Shown here in pieces: positions 59,535-64,000 of a stretch of 64,000 nucleotides of DNA. Under the pieces are notes generated by a model. That model did no database searches. It was given only the letters and a program-made list of their open reading frames with translations, and was not told the DNA's origin. The stretch is taken from the NCBI GenBank assembly GCA_002269645.1, contig NIVC01001023.1:186001-250000 (forward strand), read 5' to 3'. Source of the DNA: Macrostomum lignano. Its lineage: Eukaryota. The position numbers were made by a program, and so were the translations under genes. The stretch's first letter is position 1; each line of letters starts with the position of its first letter.

Positions 59535-60025
59535 AGAGTTAACCAATCACACCCCAACAGCAAAAGATACAACCAGCAGGTAAGCAAAAGTCGATGGTAC
59601 AAAGCAGCAAGAGGTGGAAAAAGTGACCCCTTATAACCAATCGGTTTATTTGGCTAATTTTTCACATAGTAATTTGCAAACTAATTGACAAAGAAAATAA
59701 AAAGTAAACAGGCAAGTGCAGCAAACAAGATTAAAAGAAGAAAAAGAGTTAAAAATTGAGCTGTTAAGCCAGAGCAAATGATGTTTTATAGAGGGGCAGT
59801 GTGTCAATAAATAAGTGGGTGAGCAACCCCCTCCTACGAGCGTACTTAAATGTGGCACAAATTACAGTGCAAGGACGGATCGATCGACTATTTCACTTTA
59901 GGATGATAAAATAAGCGCTAAGAAAAATATGGAGACAGTAACCAATCACACCAGCAGCAAAAGATACAACCAGTAGGCAGGCGAATGTCTATGGCACAAA
60001 GTACGAGTAGCACAAGAGGTGGGGA
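59535..60025 (+). repeat. Dispersed direct duplication of about 85 bp (59535-59620 and 59938-60025)
   Basis: taaccaatcacacc...cagcaaaagatacaaccag...atgg(t/c)acaaag...caagaggtgg is present twice. Confidence 0.7.
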
Positions 60026-60593
60026 AAGCAGTCTCAACTCCAAAAAATAAAAATAGGAGACAACACAGGGGGATAAAAACAAGGAGGCAGTAAATGTAAC
60101 ATAGTTAAGTCATGAATGCCAAAGTAACGTCAAATGTACCAGAATGTAGCAATAAGATAGGTAAGTCTGGCAATGGCTTCCTAAGGACAGAAAATAAAGG
60201 CAGTTAAAAGCACAGATTTGATTCTCTTTGACAGATGAGCTCCCAGTGCAGTAGCAGAGCAGCTAAGTGGGTATTTAGAGGCCTGCAACAGAAAGACTTC
60301 CAGTTGCCACTCCCTGAGTTACCTAGAGGCAAAAATGTCTCTGCAGGCCATATGCAGCCAATAAGACAGTTTGCTGACCTTTGATATCGGGAAACAGGCA
60401 TTTACGAGCATATGGTAAAATTGCAAAAATAACTTTTACTGTAGATATTGTAAATTGAACATGTGTAGACAGAGGTACCAAAGTGTTTCACTTGATCGTC
60501 CAATTAATGCTACGTGTATTTATGTACTAAAATCTGAAAATTCATAGTAGAAAAACATTCGATCTCTCTATTCCATGTTGAGCTCAGTATTGG

Positions 60594-60950
60594 ATGAAGC
60601 AGCCTTGCTGGTTGCTGCTTTGGCAGCTTGCTCTTGCATTGCTGCTGCCACTGCTGCATGCATCAATGTGTGCGGCAGCATCAGGTTCTGCTGCTCCAGC
60701 AAGTGCCAGCCATCAAGTGTTCATTTTCGGCTGCACAGGAGACCTGGCACAGCGGTATCTGTGGCCGGCATTTCGTCTGGTTCAGCTTGAGCGGCCGTCG
60801 CTGCAGCTGCACTGCGTCACCCGGGGCAGCCTCAATGCTGACAGATTCTTGGCTGGGGCTGAGCCAGAGCTCAGAGACTGGTTCTTTGAGAAAGTCAAGC
60901 TGCATCAGGGAGTTCGAGATCGGGCTGGCTATGAGAGACTGTGTAGTCAG
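60594..60950 (+). CDS. H6PD: Hexose-6-phosphate dehydrogenase (ER-luminal G6PD family) first coding exon; gene continues beyond the window
   Basis: Hydrophobic signal peptide MKQPCWLLLWQLALALLLPLLHA, then VFIFGCTGDLAQRYLWP (GxxGDL NADP-binding motif; the YLW ending is H6PD-like). CAG|gtgaat donor, 357 bp. Confidence 0.85.
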
Positions 60951-61094
60951 GTGAATGTAGTTGAATGTGAAAGTTCTTACGTGAATGCTTTCTGTGAAAT
61001 TCTATCACATATTTATATTATCCATTTTTAGTTACAAGTAAGAATTCTTATTGTAAGGCCAGTATGTTAATTAAAGAAGTTTATAATGGAAAAG

Positions 61095-64000
61095 CAATTG
61101 TATATGGGAGTGTGGCAATTGTGAATGGGAGTGTGGCAATTGTGAATGGGAGTGTGGCAATTGTGAATTGGAGTGTGGCAATTGTGAATGGGAGTGTGGC
61201 AATTGTGAATTGAAGTGTGGCAATTGTGAATGGGAGTGTGGTAATTGTGAATGGGAGTGTGGCAATTGTGAATGGGAGTGTGGCAATTGTGAATTGGAGT
61301 GTGGCAATTGTGAATGGGAGTGTGGCAGTTGTGAATTGGAGTGTGGCAATTGTGAATGGAAGTGTAAGCAATTGTGAATGGGAGTGTGGTAATTGTGAAT
61401 GGGACTGTAAGCAATTGTGAATGGAAGTGTAAGCAATTGTGAATGGGAGTGTGGCAATTGTGAATGGGAGTGTGGCAATTGTGAATGGGAGTGTGGCAAT
61501 TGTGAATGGGAGTGTGGCAATTGTGAATGGAAGTGTAAGCAATTGTGAATGGGAGTGTGGCAATTGTGAATTGGAGTGTGGCAATTGTGAATGGGAGTGT
61601 GGCAGTTGTGAATTGGAGTGTGGCAATTGTGAATGGAAGTGTAAGCAATTGTGGATGGGAGTGTGGTAATTGTGAATGGGACTGTAAGCAATTGTGAATG
61701 GAAGTGTAAGCAATTGTGAATGGGAGTGTGGCAATTGTGAATGGTAGTGTGGCAATTGTGAATGGGAGTGTGGCAATTGTGAATGGGAGTGTGGCAATTG
61801 TGAATGGGAGTGTGGCAATTGTGAATGGGAGTGTGGCAATTGTGAATGGAAGTGTAAGCAATTGTGAATGGGAGTGTGGCAATTGTGAATGGGAGTGTGG
61901 CAATTGTGAATGGAAGTGTAAGCAATTGTGAATGGGAGTGTGGCAATTGTGAATGGGAGTGTGGCAATTGTGAATGGGAGTGTGGCAATTGTGAATGGGA
62001 GTGTGGCAATTGTGAATAGGAGTGTAAGCAATTGAGAATGGGAGTGTGGCAATTGTGAATGGGAGTGTGGCAATTGTGAATGGAAGTGTAAGCAATTGTG
62101 AATGGGAGTGTGGCAATTGTGAATGGGAGTGTGGCAATTGTGAATGGAAGTGTAAGCAATTGTGAATGGGAGTGTGGCAATTGTGAATGGGAGTGTGGCA
62201 ATTGTGAATGGGAGTGTGGCAATTGTGAATGGGAGTGTGGCAATTGTGAATAGGAGTGTAAGCAATTGAGAATGGGAGTGTTAGCAATTGAGAATGGGAG
62301 TGTAAGCAATTGAGAATGGGAGTGTTAGCAATTGAGAATGGGAGTGTTATCAATTGAGAATGGGAGTGTGGCAATTGTGAATGGGAGTGTGGCAATTGTG
62401 AATAGGAGTGTTATCAATTGAGAATGGGAGTGTTAGCAATTGAGAATTGGAGTGTGGCAATTGTGAATGGGAGTGTGGCAATTGTGAATTGAAGTGTGGC
62501 AATTGTGAATGGGAGTGTGGTAATTGTGAATGGGAGTGTGGCAATTGTGAATTGGAGTGTGGCAATTGTGAATGGGAGTGTGGCAATTGTGAATTGAAGT
62601 GTGGCAATTGTGAATGGGAGTGTGGTAATTGTGAATGGGAGTGTGGCAATTGTGAATGGGAGTGTGGCAATTGTGAATTGGAGTGTGGCAATTGTGAATG
62701 GGAGTGTGGCAGTTGTGAATTGGAGTGTGGCAATTGTGAATGGAAGTGTAAGCAATTGTGAATGGGAGTGTGGTAATTGTGAATGGGACTGTAAGCAATT
62801 GTGAATGGAAGTGTAAGCAATTGTGAATGGGAGTGTGGCAATTGTGAATGGGAGTGTGGCAATTGTGAATGGGAGTGTGGCAATTGTGAATGGGAGTGTG
62901 GCAATTGTGAATGGAAGTGTAAGCAATTGTGAATGGGAGTGTGGCAATTGTGAATTGGAGTGTGGCAATTGTGAATGGGAGTGTGGCAGTTGTGAATTGG
63001 AGTGTGGCAATTGTGAATGGAAGTGTAAGCAATTGTGGATGGGAGTGTGGTAATTGTGAATGGGACTGTAAGCAATTGTGAATGGAAGTGTAAGCAATTG
63101 TGAATGGGAGTGTGGCAATTGTGAATGGGAGTGTGGCAATTGTGAATGGGAGTGTGGCAATTGTGAATGGGAGTGTGGCAATTGTGAATGGGAGTGTGGC
63201 AATTGTGAATGGGAGTGTGGCAATTGTGAATGGAAGTGTAAGCAATTGTGAATGGGAGTGTGGCAATTGTGAATGGGAGTGTGGCAATTGTGAATGGGAG
63301 TGTGGCAATTGTGAATGGAAGTGTAAGCAATTGTGAATGGGAGTGTGGCAATTGTGAATGGGAGTGTGGCAATTGTGAATGGGAGTGTGGCAATTGTGAA
63401 TGGGAGTGTGGCAATTGTGAATGGGAGTGTGGCAATTGTGAATGGGAGTGTGGCAATTGTGAATAGGAGTGTAAGCAATTGAGAATGGGAGTGTTAGCAA
63501 TTGAGAATGGGAGTGTTAGCAATTGAGAATGGGAGTGTTATCAATTGAGAATGGGAGTGTTAGCAATTGAGAATGGGAGTGTTATCAATTGAGAATGGGA
63601 GTGTGGCAATTGTGAATGGGAGTGTGGCAATTGTGAATAGGAGTGTTATCAATTGAGAATGGGAGTGTTAGCAATTGAGAATGGGAGTGTTATCAATTGA
63701 GAATGGGAGTGTGGCAATTGAGAATGGGAGTGTTAGCAATTGAGAATGGGAATGTAAGCAATTGAGAATGGGAGTGTAAGCAATTGAGAATGGGAGTGTT
63801 ATCAATTGAGAATGGGAGTGTTAGCAATTGAGAATGGGAGTGTTATCAATTGAGAATGGGAGTGTTAGCAATTGAGAATAGGAGTGTTATCAATTGAGAA
63901 TGGGAGTGTTAGCAATTGTGAATGGGAGTGCAAGCAATTGTGAATGGGGTGTGGCAATTGTGGATGGGAGTGTGGCAATTGTGGATGGGAGTGTGGCAAT
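61095..64000. repeat. 21-bp satellite (gggagtgtggcaattgtgaat) in H6PD intron 1, with a 1384-bp higher-order duplication; runs off the window
   Basis: Visible periodicity; the rare variant gtggatggga occurs at 61651 and 63035. Confidence 0.98.

Noticed and set aside
61067-63522. Long His/Cys-rich ORFs (HNCHTPI, CEWECGN) suggesting metallothionein-like proteins
   Set aside because: They are translations of a 21-bp satellite in H6PD intron 1, open in most frames.

Overview
Eukaryotic (metazoan) genomic DNA with GT-AG spliceosomal introns. About 30% of it is tandem repeat (14-62 bp minisatellites plus microsatellites). This resembles Macrostomum-type flatworm genomes, but the species assignment is inference. 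Four host genes can be built by hand with phase-consistent splice sites: (1) the last 3 coding exons of a NARFL/CIAO3 (Nar1/IOP1) Fe-hydrogenase-like protein (+, 115-1266); (2) a complete 9-coding-exon small-conductance Ca2+-activated K+ channel (SK/KCNN; -, 34240-9692, about 879 aa); (3) a complete 4-exon axonemal dynein light intermediate chain p28/DNALI1 (-, 46740-44310, 259 aa); (4) the first coding exon of a signal-peptide-bearing hexose-6-phosphate dehydrogenase (H6PD; +, from 60594). Most long ORFs in the supplied track are artefacts of tandem repeats. The 47-60 kb interval between DNALI1 and H6PD is a graveyard of mobile DNA, almost all on the minus strand. It holds an intron-containing tyrosine-recombinase-like pseudogene directly abutting a Gypsy-type integrase fragment, a DUF4806-like gene with a CACTA-like terminus, LINE 3' ends, a Penelope-type hammerhead ribozyme motif, a decayed 28S rRNA fragment centred on the R2 target site, a Helitron-like 3' end and a 1.8-kb foldback element with 390-bp inverted arms. 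The rest of the window adds a hAT MITE, two copies of a tRNA-derived SINE and a CORE-like SINE. All family assignments come from motif recognition by eye; no database search was run.
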